NCBI GenBank assembly: GCA_035699205.1
Contig: DASSBA010000153.1
Location: 4,096-68,095, forward strand
Reading direction: 5' to 3'
Origin: Gemmatimonadales bacterium
GTDB lineage: Bacteria; Gemmatimonadota; Gemmatimonadetes; Gemmatimonadales; GWC2-71-9
Length of the DNA stretch: 64,000 nt
Each line of letters opens with the position of its first letter. The stretch's first letter is position 1. Made by a program: the position numbers and the translations under genes. The notes beneath the pieces are model-generated. The model made no database searches and was not told the origin of the DNA. It was given only the letters and a program-made list of their open reading frames with translations. Of this stretch, positions 45,395 through 56,164 are shown in pieces.

Positions 45395-45480
45395 TTGACA
45401 GTCGTAATTGCATAAACATCAACATGATACAAAATCCATCCGATGTAATCCGACAAGCAAACGTTCGATTATTGCGCATT
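45395..45480. promoter_or_regulatory. AT-rich patch in the divergent intergenic region (candidate promoters for GT4 and the EPS operon)
   Basis: The local sequence cttgacagtcgtaattgcataaacatcaacatgatacaaaatccatccgatgtaatccgacaagcaaacgttcgattattgcgcatt is far below the window GC. It contains TTGACA at 45395-45400. I could not pair it with a convincing -10. Confidence 0.3.
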
Positions 45481-45585
45481 GCACCGGGTCCCGGAATTCC
45501 CTAGATACCAACTGCCCAAGGGTGGCGGCGGAGCTGGGGAACGGTTGGGCGTCACCGCAGATCCAGTGACGAAAGGGCCGGAGCA

Positions 45586-47385
45586 ATGACGTACACCTTC
45601 AAGCTTGCGCGCAGACTGGCGGTCTCGCGACACTTCAGCGTGCTCACCACCCTCGTGTTGTTGGCAGCGTGCGCGGGAGAGACCACGGCGCCCGATGCCG
45701 GCTCTTCCGCCCCTGCGACGTCCCCCATAGCCCTCCAGGTGTTGCCCCGCTCGGTAGTGATCGAGACCAATCAGCGCGTGCGATTCTGGGGCCAGACGCG
45801 CACATCGAGGGGCGACCGCACCCCGCTTCCGGTTGCGTGGCACGCGACCGGCGGCACCATCAATCCCGATGGCAGCTTCCTCTCGACCACCTCCGGCACG
45901 TTCAAAGTGATCGGGCGCGGCCGCGGGCTGAACCAGATCGACACGTCCGTCGTGACGGTGGTCTCGCCGCCGACGAATCTGGCACGAATCGAAGTCACCC
46001 CCGATTCCACCACGCTGAATCCGGGCGCCACCCGGACCTTCGGCGTGATCGGCTATCGAAAGAACGGCTCGACGGTGAGCGTCGGCGTGAACTGGTCGGC
46101 CACCGGCGGCGACGTGGATGCGGCCGGTGACTACACGGCGGATTCGGCCACCGGCAGTTACCGCGTCATCGCCACCACTACGGGGGGCACGTTTGCCGAT
46201 ACTGCCATTGTCCGCATCAACCAGCCGGCGCCAACCCTCACGCAGCTCGTGATGTACCCGGCCAGCACGTCGCTCGAGGCGGGCGCCTCACAGCGGTTCG
46301 GCGCCTACGGACGCAACTCCGCGGGCGACAGCGTCGCCGTCGCCGTCAAGTTCAGCGCGACCGGTGGTACCATAAGCAGCACCGGGCTGTACACGGCCGG
46401 CCAGGCGTCGGGAACGTTCCGTGTCACGGCCGCGGTGGACGCCATTGCGGATTCGGCCACGGTCCTCGTGAAGGCGGTCGCCGCGGCCCCGACGCCTGCG
46501 CTCACGGGCTCGACCCTGGCCTTTGGCCCCTTCGGCCTGTTCAACACCGCGGGGCTCACCAATCCGGACGCCGCGTTCGCCACCCTGGGGCAGGACAGCT
46601 ACAACGCTTCGAACGTCGTCACCCGAATCGAGGCGGCCCGCGCGCGCGGCATTCACCTGATCCTCGCCCTGACCGGCGGCAAGCACGAGAACTACCTGAG
46701 CACGATCGACGGGGTGTACCAGTTCGACCGCGACAAGTGGGAGGCCAAGCTCCAGACCTTCAACACCACGAGCATCCGGCAGGCCATCGCCGCGGGTGTG
46801 GCCGATGGGACGATCATCGGCGCGAGTGTGATGGACGAGCCGAACGTCTCGGGCGCCGGCGACGGCAACACGTGGGGACCCCCGGGCACGATGACCAAGG
46901 CCCGGGTGGACTCGCTGTGCGGCGACTTCAAGGCCCTCTTCCCCACACTCCCGGCCGGGGTGGGACACCGCTGGGACGTCTTCGAGCCGACCAAGTCCTA
47001 CCGGGTCTGCGACTTCGTCACCTCACAGTATTCTACGCGGATCGGCAGTGTCACCAACTGGCGGGATGGTGGTCTTGCCATGGCCCGGCGCGACGGTCAC
47101 GAGATCATGTTCAGCATGAACCTTCTCAACGGCGGCACCCAGGACAGGGACGGGACGTGGGACTGCGCGGGAACCGGCGGTCGCGGGCTGCTGAGCCCCA
47201 ACTGCCGTATGACCGCCGCCCAGATTGCCGAGTATGGCCTGGCGCTCGGCCCCGCGGGATGTGGGGGGCTGTTGATGTGGGAGTATGACGACTCATTCAT
47301 GGCCAACGCCGATAATCAGAGGGCATTCAAGCAGATCGGCGACCGGCTGTCGACATTGCCGTCGAGACCCTGCCGAAGGCACTAG
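45586..47385 (+). CDS. Lipoprotein with three Big_2-like Ig repeats and a C-terminal putative glycanase-like domain
   Basis: GGAG lies 4 nt before the ATG. The lipobox is LVLLAAC. There are three roughly 85-aa repeats (V.P.S..L..G....F...G....G......V.WSATGG.I...G.YTA...GT.RV.A). The C-terminal half contains ASVMDEPN, an NEP-like motif. Confidence 0.8.
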   Translation: MTYTFKLARRLAVSRHFSVLTTLVLLAACAGETTAPDAGSSAPATSPIALQVLPRSVVIETNQRVRFWGQTRTSRGDRTPLPVAWHATGGTINPDGSFLSTTSGTFKVIGRGRGLNQIDTSVVTVVSPPTNLARIEVTPDSTTLNPGATRTFGVIGYRKNGSTVSVGVNWSATGGDVDAAGDYTADSATGSYRVIATTTGGTFADTAIVRINQPAPTLTQLVMYPASTSLEAGASQRFGAYGRNSAGDSVAVAVKFSATGGTISSTGLYTAGQASGTFRVTAAVDAIADSATVLVKAVAAAPTPALTGSTLAFGPFGLFNTAGLTNPDAAFATLGQDSYNASNVVTRIEAARARGIHLILALTGGKHENYLSTIDGVYQFDRDKWEAKLQTFNTTSIRQAIAAGVADGTIIGASVMDEPNVSGAGDGNTWGPPGTMTKARVDSLCGDFKALFPTLPAGVGHRWDVFEPTKSYRVCDFVTSQYSTRIGSVTNWRDGGLAMARRDGHEIMFSMNLLNGGTQDRDGTWDCAGTGGRGLLSPNCRMTAAQIAEYGLALGPAGCGGLLMWEYDDSFMANADNQRAFKQIGDRLSTLPSRPCRRH

Positions 47386-47402
47386 GCAGACCGGCGACCC
47401 GG

Positions 47403-47432
47403 CGACCGGGAGGGGTTCCCCCCTTCCGGTCG
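47403..47432 (+). terminator. GC-rich hairpin downstream of the lipoprotein gene (candidate intrinsic terminator)
   Basis: CGACCGGGAGGGG, loop TT, then a C-run plus CCCCTTCCGGTCG (one G-T pair). It starts 18 nt after the TAG at 47385. No clear U-tract. Confidence 0.4.
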
Positions 47433-47709
47433 CTTCGCATTCGCGGTGTGTCGGCCGTGCCACAGTGTTGCATCGTCAGCTTCCAACTCCAGGCCCCCTC
47501 ACGGCGCCGGCGAACCGCCGGCGCGCGCCATCGGGGCGCGCCGCGACCGCGATCCGAGGTGCCGTTCGGATCTTACTATGGTAAATTGTCTTACTCGGCC
47601 ACCCGGGCGAGTGAGTGGCCCGCTCGGGGCATGGATCGTGCTCCGAGGTTCCGGGATTTCGGCGAGGATCTGGATTCCTCGCTTCCACCTTCATCACGCC
47701 TCGAGGTGT

Positions 47710-48363
47710 ATGCGAGTTCTGGCTCCCGTTCCGCTGCTGGTCGCGTGTGTCCTGCATTGGTCTCCGGCCGTCGCTCAGCAGCAGCCTCGTGGGCAAGCGG
47801 AGCAGTGGGTGCTGACGCCTGGAGACTCGGTCCGGGTCGTGGTGTGGCGGAAGCCCGAGTTCAGCGGAGATTTCGTGGTGGCTCCGGACAACACCATCAC
47901 CCATCCCCTGTTTCGCGCGGTCAAGGTCGGCGGCATTCCGTTCGCCACCGCCGAGGCCAATCTCCGGGCCTTTCTTTCCCGCTTCGAGGAGAACCCCCAG
48001 TTCGTGCTGGAACCGCTCATCCGGGTGTCCGTGTCTGGTGAGGTGACCCGGCCGCAGGTGTTCGCCACGCGCCCGGAGACTACCATCGGCGAGGCCGTGG
48101 CGCGGGCCGGGGGCACGACCGAGGACGGCGCCCGCAACCGCGTCCGCGTGCTCCGTTTCGAGCCCGGCGGACAGCAGGACCAGGTCACGGTCAACCTTTC
48201 CGACCCCAACAGCACGAGTGCCACGCTGCCGGTGCGCTCGGGGGATCAGATCATCGTCGATCGCCGGAAGTCGTTCTTCAGGGACGTTCTCCAGCCCGCG
48301 CTGGTGGTCATCGGCTCGATCGCCTCCCTCGGCCTGCTCATCGACCGCGTGAGCCGAAGGTAG
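47710..48363 (+). CDS. wza: Polysaccharide export protein (Wza/EpsA-like, Poly_export plus SLBB)
   Basis: Internal ATG 47710 gives the signal peptide MRVLAPVPLLVACVLHWSPAVAQQ. Also LTPGDSVRVVVW, FVVAPDNTITHPL, VSVSGEVTRP and SGDQIIV. Confidence 0.8.
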   Translation: MRVLAPVPLLVACVLHWSPAVAQQQPRGQAEQWVLTPGDSVRVVVWRKPEFSGDFVVAPDNTITHPLFRAVKVGGIPFATAEANLRAFLSRFEENPQFVLEPLIRVSVSGEVTRPQVFATRPETTIGEAVARAGGTTEDGARNRVRVLRFEPGGQQDQVTVNLSDPNSTSATLPVRSGDQIIVDRRKSFFRDVLQPALVVIGSIASLGLLIDRVSRR

Positions 48364-50777
48364 TGACCATGCCGAATCCGACGCCCAACCATCGGCTGCT
48401 CGCCGGCAGCACCGAGCCTCCGATGCGGCCGATCGAGTCGGCCCCGGCCGAGGACTCCGTCTCCTTCCGCCAGATCCTGACCGTCCTGCGCCGGCGCTAC
48501 CAGTTGATCCTGGCGATGACGCTGATCGGCGCGAGCATCGGGCTGTTTCTGGCCTCGCGCTCGCCGGCGACGTATCGGGCGGCGGCGATGCTCAGGCTGG
48601 CGGGCGAGCGGCAGACCCTCACCGGGGACGAAGAGGAGGCGCCCGGGCTGGGGAAGACCGCCGACCCGCTCCTGTCCATCATCGAGCTCCTGAAGAGCCG
48701 GACCGTCGCCCGGGTGGTCGTGGATACGCTGGGCCTGCAGCTCCAGAGTCGGACCCCCGAGTTTCCGGTCTCGAGTCTCGCCCAGGTGCACGTGGATCCC
48801 CGGGCCGCCGGCGACTCCGTGCAGCTCGTCTTCCACCAGAACACCGTCGAGGCGCGTCGGGCCGACCGGACGGTGACCGCGCCGTATGGGCCGCTCATCA
48901 ACCTCGGCGTGGTGCAGTTTGCCGTGCGCGCCCGTCCCGCGGTCGATGCCGCCACCCTGGGCATCATCGGCCAGGAGCAGGCGATCGATGGACTCCTGGG
49001 GGGCCTGCTGGTGACCCGTCGGGAAATGACCGACGTCATCGACGTCGCGTATTTCTCGAGCGAGCCCGCCGCCGCTCAGCGCATCGTCAACGCGACGGTG
49101 CAGGCCTTCCAGTCGCTCAACGTTCAGTGGGCGCGCGAGCGTTCACGGCGCCGCCGCGAATTCCTCGCCGAGCAGCTCGCCCAGACGGACAGCATGCTCG
49201 AGCGGGCGCAGGCCGAGCTCAGCTCCTTCCGCAGCCGCCAGCAGCTGGCCAGCAGCCATGACAAGCTCGCGGCGGAGCAGTCGGCCGTGCTCGCGCTCGA
49301 TACCCGCTCGGCCGAGCTCGAGGCCGACCGCGAGACCTTCGGTGCCCTGCAGCAGCAGCTCAAGTCGGGCGACGACGCCGCCCGCGCGGAGGCGCTCCGG
49401 ACCCTGGCCACGTCCCCGGCGATGACCGACAATCCGGCGGTCGGCAGCCTCTACCATCAGCTCCTCGATTACCAGGACCGCCTCGACTCGATGACGACCG
49501 GACCCTGGAAGGCTGCGCCCACCAACCCGGACGTGATTCAGCTGAAGGCGCTGGCGAAATCCACCCAGGACAAGCTCGTCGGGGCCGTGAGTGGACACGT
49601 GAAGTCGATCGACGCCCGGATCGCGTCCCTGGGCACGCTCCGCCGCAAGACCGGCGCGTCCATGGAAGTCCTCCCCGCCATGGCCGAGGAGGAGATGCGG
49701 CTGAGCCGCCGGGCGGATGCGCTGGCCAGCATGGGCGACGAGCTTCGCAAGGACTTTCAGAAGGCCCGCATGGCGGAGGAAGTCGAGGCCGGCGATGTGG
49801 ACGTGGTCGATCTGGCGGACGTGCCCTACGCGCCGCTCCTGAGCGCCTCGGCGGTGAAGCTGGCCCTGGGTCTCGTGCTGGGGCTGATCCTCGGCCTGAT
49901 CCTCGCCTACGTGCTCGAGGCGCTCAATACCTCGATCCGCCGGCCGGAGGATCTCGAGGCGGTGCTGCACGTGCCCGGCCTGGCCGTCATCCCGAGAATC
50001 ACCGGCGGCTCGTCCAACGGACGCTCGCGGCTGCGGGCCCTGCTCGGGTCCCCCAAGCCCGTCCGCTCGGACACCGGGGCGCTCATGTCGGGCGGCCAGA
50101 CCTTCTCCATCGGCATCGAAGCCTTCCGCAATCTGCGGACGAGCCTGATCTGGTCGGACGGGGGGGAGGCGCTGAAGACCCTGGTGGTCACCAGCGCGGC
50201 GCCCGGGGAGGGCAAGACGCTCACCGCCGCCAACCTCGCGGTCACGCTGGCGTACGATGGCCTTCGCGTGCTGCTCGTCGACTGCGACATTCGCCGGCCC
50301 CGCGTGCACGGGCTCTTCCGCATGCCGCGCTCGCCGGGGTTGATGGAGTTGCTGACCACGGCGCTTCACCCGTCCGGTGATCCGGTCTCGTCACCGGACG
50401 CCATCCGGGAGAGCTCGATCGCGGGGCTCTCGGTACTACCCTGCGGCGCGCTGCCCTCCAACGCCGCCAACCTGCTCAGCAGCACCCGCATGCGGGTGCT
50501 GCTGCAGGAACTGCGGGAGCAGTACGACATCATCGTGCTCGACACCCCGCCGGTGCTCGCCACGGCCGATGCCGGTATCGTGGCCTCGCTGACCGACGGG
50601 GTGCTGCTCGTCGTGCGCGCCGGCACCACCGACCGGAACGCGGCGCAGCGCGCCTGCCAGCAACTGGCCAATGTCGGCGCCCGGGTGGTCGGGACCGTGC
50701 TGAACGATCCCGGCGGGCAGGTCGCCAAGGAAGGCGACTACTACTATCCGTACGACTACGCCGCCGAGGAGCAGTGA
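48363..50777 (+). CDS. wzc: Polysaccharide co-polymerase / BY-family tyrosine autokinase (Wzc/GumC-like fusion)
   Basis: N-terminal Wzz-like region with a coiled coil. P-loop VVTSAAPGEGKTLTAANLA. Also LLVDCDIRRP and IVLDTPP. The tyrosine-rich tail is EGDYYYPYDYAAEEQ. The start is GTG 48363 or ATG 48369. Confidence 0.88.
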   Translation: MTMPNPTPNHRLLAGSTEPPMRPIESAPAEDSVSFRQILTVLRRRYQLILAMTLIGASIGLFLASRSPATYRAAAMLRLAGERQTLTGDEEEAPGLGKTADPLLSIIELLKSRTVARVVVDTLGLQLQSRTPEFPVSSLAQVHVDPRAAGDSVQLVFHQNTVEARRADRTVTAPYGPLINLGVVQFAVRARPAVDAATLGIIGQEQAIDGLLGGLLVTRREMTDVIDVAYFSSEPAAAQRIVNATVQAFQSLNVQWARERSRRRREFLAEQLAQTDSMLERAQAELSSFRSRQQLASSHDKLAAEQSAVLALDTRSAELEADRETFGALQQQLKSGDDAARAEALRTLATSPAMTDNPAVGSLYHQLLDYQDRLDSMTTGPWKAAPTNPDVIQLKALAKSTQDKLVGAVSGHVKSIDARIASLGTLRRKTGASMEVLPAMAEEEMRLSRRADALASMGDELRKDFQKARMAEEVEAGDVDVVDLADVPYAPLLSASAVKLALGLVLGLILGLILAYVLEALNTSIRRPEDLEAVLHVPGLAVIPRITGGSSNGRSRLRALLGSPKPVRSDTGALMSGGQTFSIGIEAFRNLRTSLIWSDGGEALKTLVVTSAAPGEGKTLTAANLAVTLAYDGLRVLLVDCDIRRPRVHGLFRMPRSPGLMELLTTALHPSGDPVSSPDAIRESSIAGLSVLPCGALPSNAANLLSSTRMRVLLQELREQYDIIVLDTPPVLATADAGIVASLTDGVLLVVRAGTTDRNAAQRACQQLANVGARVVGTVLNDPGGQVAKEGDYYYPYDYAAEEQ

Positions 50778-50833
50778 GCCATCCTCCCGCGGCGCCGGCC
50801 GAACTCCCGTAGACCAGGTAGCGCGGTGCGCCA

Positions 50834-50864
50834 GGCAGCCCGGCCGCTCGAGGCGGCCGCTGCC
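50834..50864 (+). terminator. GC-rich hairpin after wzc-like (candidate terminator or processing site)
   Basis: GGCAGC-CC-GGCCGC, loop TCGAG, then GCGGCC-GCTGCC. This gives 12 bp with a 2-nt bulge. Confidence 0.35.
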
Positions 50865-50917
50865 CCGGCGCGACGCGTGAACTCTCGCTGACGCTCACGG
50901 AGGAACTTCCCGCCAGC

Positions 50918-52753
50918 ATGTCGACTTCCATCGCCCCTCCCGAACCGCACGTGGCCGCTCCGCCGGGTTCGCAGCGGATGAACATCGTCATCGTGGGCCA
51001 CGTGGACCACGGCAAGAGCACGGTCATCGGCCGGCTGCTGGCCGATACCCACTCGCTCCCCGACGGGAAGCTCGAGCAGGTCCGGGCCGACTGCGAGCTC
51101 AACTCCAAGCCGTTCGAGTACGCGTTTCTGCTCGACGCGCTCAAGGACGAGCAGGCTCAGGGCATCACCATCGACGCCGCCCGCGTGTTCTTCCGGAGCA
51201 GCCTGCGTCCGTATCTGATCCTCGACGCGCCCGGGCACATCGAGTTCCTGAAGAACATGATCACCGGCGCCGCCCGGGCGGAGGCGGCGCTGCTGGTGAT
51301 CGACGCGGCGGAGGGGGTGCAGGAGAACTCCCGGCGCCACGGCTACATGGTCTCGATGCTCGGCATCCACCAGCTGGCGGTCGTGGTGAACAAGATGGAC
51401 CTGGTGGGCTGGGACGAGGCGGTCTATGACCGCATCGTCCGCGAGTACAGCGCCTTCCTCGAGCAGGTCGGCATCCGGCCCTCGTGCTTCATCCCGGTAT
51501 CCGGCCGCGGGGGCGACAACATCGCCGATCGCTCGAGCAATCTCTCCTGGTACACGGGACCCACGGTCCTCGACGCGCTGGACGCCTTCCGGAGCGAGCC
51601 GGCCCCGGTCGAACAGCGGTTCCGGATGCCGGTCCAGGACGTCTACAAGTTCACCAAGCAGGGTGACGACCGGCGCATCGTCGCGGGCACGATCGATTCG
51701 GGCACGGTGCGGGTGGGCGACGACGTGATCTTCTACCCCTCGGGCAAGAAAAGCCGGGTCAAGAGCATCGAGGCGTTCAACCGGCCGGTCCACACCCGTG
51801 CGGAGGCGGGCTGGGCCGTGGGGTTCACGCTCCAGGAGCAGATCTACATCACCCGTGGCGAGATCGCCACGCTGGAGGCCGAGCCGCGCCCGCAGGTCAC
51901 CACCCGCCTGCGCGTCAGCCTCTTCTGGCTGGGCAGGGAGCCGATGGTCAAGCGGAAGGAGTACCTGCTCAAGCTGGGCACCGCACGGGTGACCGCCCGG
52001 CTCGAGGAAGTGCTCCGGGTCATGGACGCCTCGAGTCTCGAAACGGCGCAGCAGCGCAACGCCGTCCAGCGTCACGATGTAGCCGAGTGCGTGCTGAAGC
52101 TCGACCGCGCGATCGCCTGCGACCTCGCCGCGGACGTCCCGTCCACCAGCCGGTTCGTGATCGTCGACGACTTCGAGATCCGGGGCGGCGGCATCGTCCG
52201 CGAGGCGCTCCCCGACCGGCAGACCGCGGTGCGGGACCGGGTGCTGCTCCGGAACTACAAATGGGAGCCGAGCATCATCCAGCCGGAGCACCGGGCGGAG
52301 AAGTACAATCAGAAGGCCGCCCTCATCCTGGTCACCGGCGAGCACGAGAGCGACCGGAAGGGCATCGCCAAGGCGCTCGAGGGGAAGCTGTTCGAGGACG
52401 GCAAGGTGGTGTACTTCCTGGGCATCGGCAGCGTGCTCTACGGCGTGGATGCCGACATCGAACGCAAGCCGGAGAACCGGCTGGAACACATGCGCCGCCT
52501 GGCCGAGGTGGCGAACCTCATGCTCGATGCGGGCATCATCCTCGTGGTCGCGGCCGCGGAGCTCACCCAGGACGACCTCGAGGTCATCAAGACCGCCGTC
52601 CCGCCCGACTGGATCGAGACGATCTGGGCTGGCGACACCATCACCACCGATCTCGCCTGCGACCTGCAGCTCCCGGGGGGGGCCGTGCCCGAGGCGGTGG
52701 ACCGCCTCAAGGCCCACCTGCAGGACAAGGGGATCATCTTCCGCCCATGGTGA
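50918..52753 (+). CDS. cysN: Sulfate adenylyltransferase subunit 1 (CysN GTPase) fused to a C-terminal APS-kinase-like domain that lacks a P-loop
   Basis: GTPase motifs are [15 protein letters not shown] and NKMD. The C-terminal roughly 165 aa read [35 protein letters not shown]...[25 protein letters not shown], which is collinear with CysC. The expected GLSGSGKST is replaced by [10 protein letters not shown]. Confidence 0.85.
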   Translation: MSTSIAPPEPHVAAPPGSQRMNIVIVGHVDHGKSTVIGRLLADTHSLPDGKLEQVRADCELNSKPFEYAFLLDALKDEQAQGITIDAARVFFRSSLRPYLILDAPGHIEFLKNMITGAARAEAALLVIDAAEGVQENSRRHGYMVSMLGIHQLAVVVNKMDLVGWDEAVYDRIVREYSAFLEQVGIRPSCFIPVSGRGGDNIADRSSNLSWYTGPTVLDALDAFRSEPAPVEQRFRMPVQDVYKFTKQGDDRRIVAGTIDSGTVRVGDDVIFYPSGKKSRVKSIEAFNRPVHTRAEAGWAVGFTLQEQIYITRGEIATLEAEPRPQVTTRLRVSLFWLGREPMVKRKEYLLKLGTARVTARLEEVLRVMDASSLETAQQRNAVQRHDVAECVLKLDRAIACDLAADVPSTSRFVIVDDFEIRGGGIVREALPDRQTAVRDRVLLRNYKWEPSIIQPEHRAEKYNQKAALILVTGEHESDRKGIAKALEGKLFEDGKVVYFLGIGSVLYGVDADIERKPENRLEHMRRLAEVANLMLDAGIILVVAAAELTQDDLEVIKTAVPPDWIETIWAGDTITTDLACDLQLPGGAVPEAVDRLKAHLQDKGIIFRPW

Positions 52754-53508
52754 CCGGCGAGCTGCGGTTGGCGGTCTGCAACCTCGCCCGCGAGGCCGGT
52801 CGCGCGACCATGACGTACTACGACGGCGCGGCGCCGGCCGAGGTGCGGGAGAAGGCGGACCACAGTCCCGTCACGCTCGCGGACGAGGCCGCGCACGCCA
52901 TCCTCCTCGAAGGGCTCCGCCGGCTCGATCCGGCCACGCCGGTCGTCTCCGAGGAGGCCGAGGCGGCCTCGTTCGAGACCCGGCGCACCTGGCACCGGTT
53001 CTGGCTGGTGGACCCCCTCGACGGCACCAAGGAGTTCATCAAGCGCCGGGCCGAGTTCACCGTGAACGTCGCCCTGATCGAGCAGGGCGAGCCGGTGTTC
53101 GGCGTAGTGCTCGCGCCGGCGCTCGACCTGCTCTATTGGGGGCTGAAGGGCGGGGGCGCCTGGCGGGAGGAGCGGGGCGGCCCCGCCGAGCGGGTCTACT
53201 CCACCGCCCCCGCGCCCGGGACGCCGCTCACGGTCGTCGAGAGCCTCTCCCACCCTTCGCAGGAGCTCGAGGAGTATCTCCGGACCATTCCGGTGGCCCG
53301 GCGGGTCAAGGCCGGCAGCTCCCTCAAGTTCTGCTGGGTGGCCGACGGACGCGCCGACGTCTATCCCCGGCTCGGCCCCACGATGGAGTGGGACGTCGCG
53401 GCGGGGGACTGCGTCTACCGGCAGTCCGGCCGGGACGGCGAGCGGCCCTCGCCGCTCACGTACAACAAACCCGACCTCCGCAACACCAGCTTCGTCATCG
53501 GACTGTGA
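52747..53508 (+). CDS. cysQ: 3'(2'),5'-bisphosphate nucleotidase (PAP phosphatase)
   Basis: Internal ATG 52747 overlaps the cysN stop. Motifs are [24 protein letters not shown] and WDVAAGD. Confidence 0.88.
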   Translation: MVTGELRLAVCNLAREAGRATMTYYDGAAPAEVREKADHSPVTLADEAAHAILLEGLRRLDPATPVVSEEAEAASFETRRTWHRFWLVDPLDGTKEFIKRRAEFTVNVALIEQGEPVFGVVLAPALDLLYWGLKGGGAWREERGGPAERVYSTAPAPGTPLTVVESLSHPSQELEEYLRTIPVARRVKAGSSLKFCWVADGRADVYPRLGPTMEWDVAAGDCVYRQSGRDGERPSPLTYNKPDLRNTSFVIGL

Positions 53509-54019
53509 GTCCGGCACCCGTGTTATGGTTCACCGGGCTCTCGGGCTCAGGGAAGAGCACCATCGCCACCCGGGTGCACGGGGAGCTGGTCCGGCGCGGG
53601 GCGGAGGTGGAGTACATCGACGGTGATGCGCTGCGTGAGGTGTTTCCGAACACCGGCTTCACCCGGGCCGAGCGCGAGGAGCACCTGCGCCGGACGGGGT
53701 ACATGGCGGGCCGGCTGGCCGCCCACGGGGTGACCGTGGTGGCCTCGTTCGTCTCGCCCTACCGCGAGTCGCGCGAGTTCATCCGGCGGCTGTGCCCCCA
53801 CTTCGTCGAAATCTACGTCTCGACGCCGCTGGAGGAGTGCGAGCGCCGGGACGTCAAGGGGCTCTACGCCCGCGCGCGGCGCGGGGACATCCGCAACTTC
53901 ACGGGAATCGACGACCCGTACGAGCCGCCCGATCATCCCGAGCTCACACTCGATACCCGCGCCCTGAGCGTGGACGAGTGCGTCGCCAGGGTGCTCGAGC
54001 GATCTGGAGGGCACGACTG

Positions 54020-54020
<1 letters not shown>
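53505..54020 (+). CDS. cysC: Adenylylsulfate (APS) kinase
   Basis: GTG 53505 forms a GTGA overlap with cysQ and gives [21 protein letters not shown]. Also [16 protein letters not shown] and DVKGLY. Confidence 0.9.
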
Positions 54021-54913
<893 letters not shown>

Positions 54914-55015
54914 GCGTCCGCGCATCGCGATCGTGCGCGCGATGTTCGGCCGGGCCGCGTCACGGCCTCGCGCCCGATCGCACCCACGAAACCGCACGGG
55001 GAGTGGGCCCGGCCG

Positions 55016-55855
55016 ATGAAGAACGTCATGTCGGTGGACGTCGAGGACTGGTTCTGCGTCTACAACCTCAGCGGGCTGATCCCGTACGAGAGCTGGGACC
55101 GGTGCGAGTCCCGGGTGGAACGCAGCACGCTGCGGCTGCTCGAGCTGTTCGGACAGCACGGTGTGGAGGCGACATTCTTCGTGCTCGGCTGGGTGGCCGA
55201 GCGGTTTCCGGACCTGGTGCGGGAGATCGATCGCAGGGGACACGAGATCGCGACGCACGGATATTCGCACCGGCTGCTGACGTTCATGCGGCCCGCGGAG
55301 TTCCGTGATGATCTGCAGCGCTCGCTCGAGGTGCTGGCCAGGGCGACGACTCAGGAAGTGCGCGGCTTCCGCGCGCCCTCCTTCTCGCTGACGCGGAAGA
55401 CGGTCTGGGCCGTGGACATCCTCCGTGAAGCCGGCATGCAATACGATTCCTCGGTCTTCCCGGTCGGGTTCCATCCGGACTACGGCTTCGCGGGCGTGCA
55501 ACTCGCGCCCTATCGACTGGCCGAGGGCTTGACCGAGCTTCCCGTGGGAGTCGCGGAGGTGTTCGGGCAAAGAGTCCCGTGCAGCGGCGGCGGCTATTTT
55601 CGGCTGTTTCCCTATGCGGTGACGCGGCGCCTGATGCGGATGTGCAACGAGCAAGGGCGCCCGGTGATGTTCTACCTCCACCCGTGGGAGCTGGACCCGG
55701 GGCAGCCTCGCGTCCAACGACTGGGGTGGCTGAGACGATTCCGGCACTACACCAACCTCGCCAAGACGGAGGAGCGGCTGGAACGATTGCTGGCGGATTT
55801 TTCGTTCTACTCCGCGCGGCAGCTGATCGCGGGTCGGGAACCGCCAACCTCCTGA
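55016..55855 (+). CDS. Polysaccharide deacetylase (resembles the exosortase/PEP-CTERM-locus subfamily)
   Basis: MSVDVEDWF, ATFFVLGWVAERFPDLVREI, GHEIATHGYSH, GFRAPSFS and FYLHPWELD. Confidence 0.85.
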   Translation: MKNVMSVDVEDWFCVYNLSGLIPYESWDRCESRVERSTLRLLELFGQHGVEATFFVLGWVAERFPDLVREIDRRGHEIATHGYSHRLLTFMRPAEFRDDLQRSLEVLARATTQEVRGFRAPSFSLTRKTVWAVDILREAGMQYDSSVFPVGFHPDYGFAGVQLAPYRLAEGLTELPVGVAEVFGQRVPCSGGGYFRLFPYAVTRRLMRMCNEQGRPVMFYLHPWELDPGQPRVQRLGWLRRFRHYTNLAKTEERLERLLADFSFYSARQLIAGREPPTS

Positions 55856-55918
55856 AGGGTCGCGCCCGAAGGCGGCCGGCCCGATCTTTCTTTCCTCTTC
55901 CAGTGTGGAGATCCCCGA

Positions 55919-56164
55919 ATGAACGCCGACAGGCTCCGGGAGTGCTTCAGCCACGCTCTCGGCATACCGCGGGAGCGCGTTACCGACGACCTCGCCTACA
56001 ACACTCTCGAGGAGTGGGACTCGGTCGGGCACATGGCACTGGTGGCGGAGCTCGAGGGCGAGTTCGACGTCATGTTCGACACCGACGACATCATCGGAAT
56101 GAGCACGGTGGCCAAGGCCCGCGAAATCCTGAGCCGACTCGGGGTCGCTTTCGATGCTGCTTGA
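55919..56164 (+). CDS. Acyl carrier protein (phosphopantetheine-binding)
   Basis: 81 aa, with GGAG 9 nt upstream. LEEWDSVGHMALVAELEGEF contains the attachment Ser in a DS motif. Confidence 0.8.
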   Translation: MNADRLRECFSHALGIPRERVTDDLAYNTLEEWDSVGHMALVAELEGEFDVMFDTDDIIGMSTVAKAREILSRLGVAFDAA

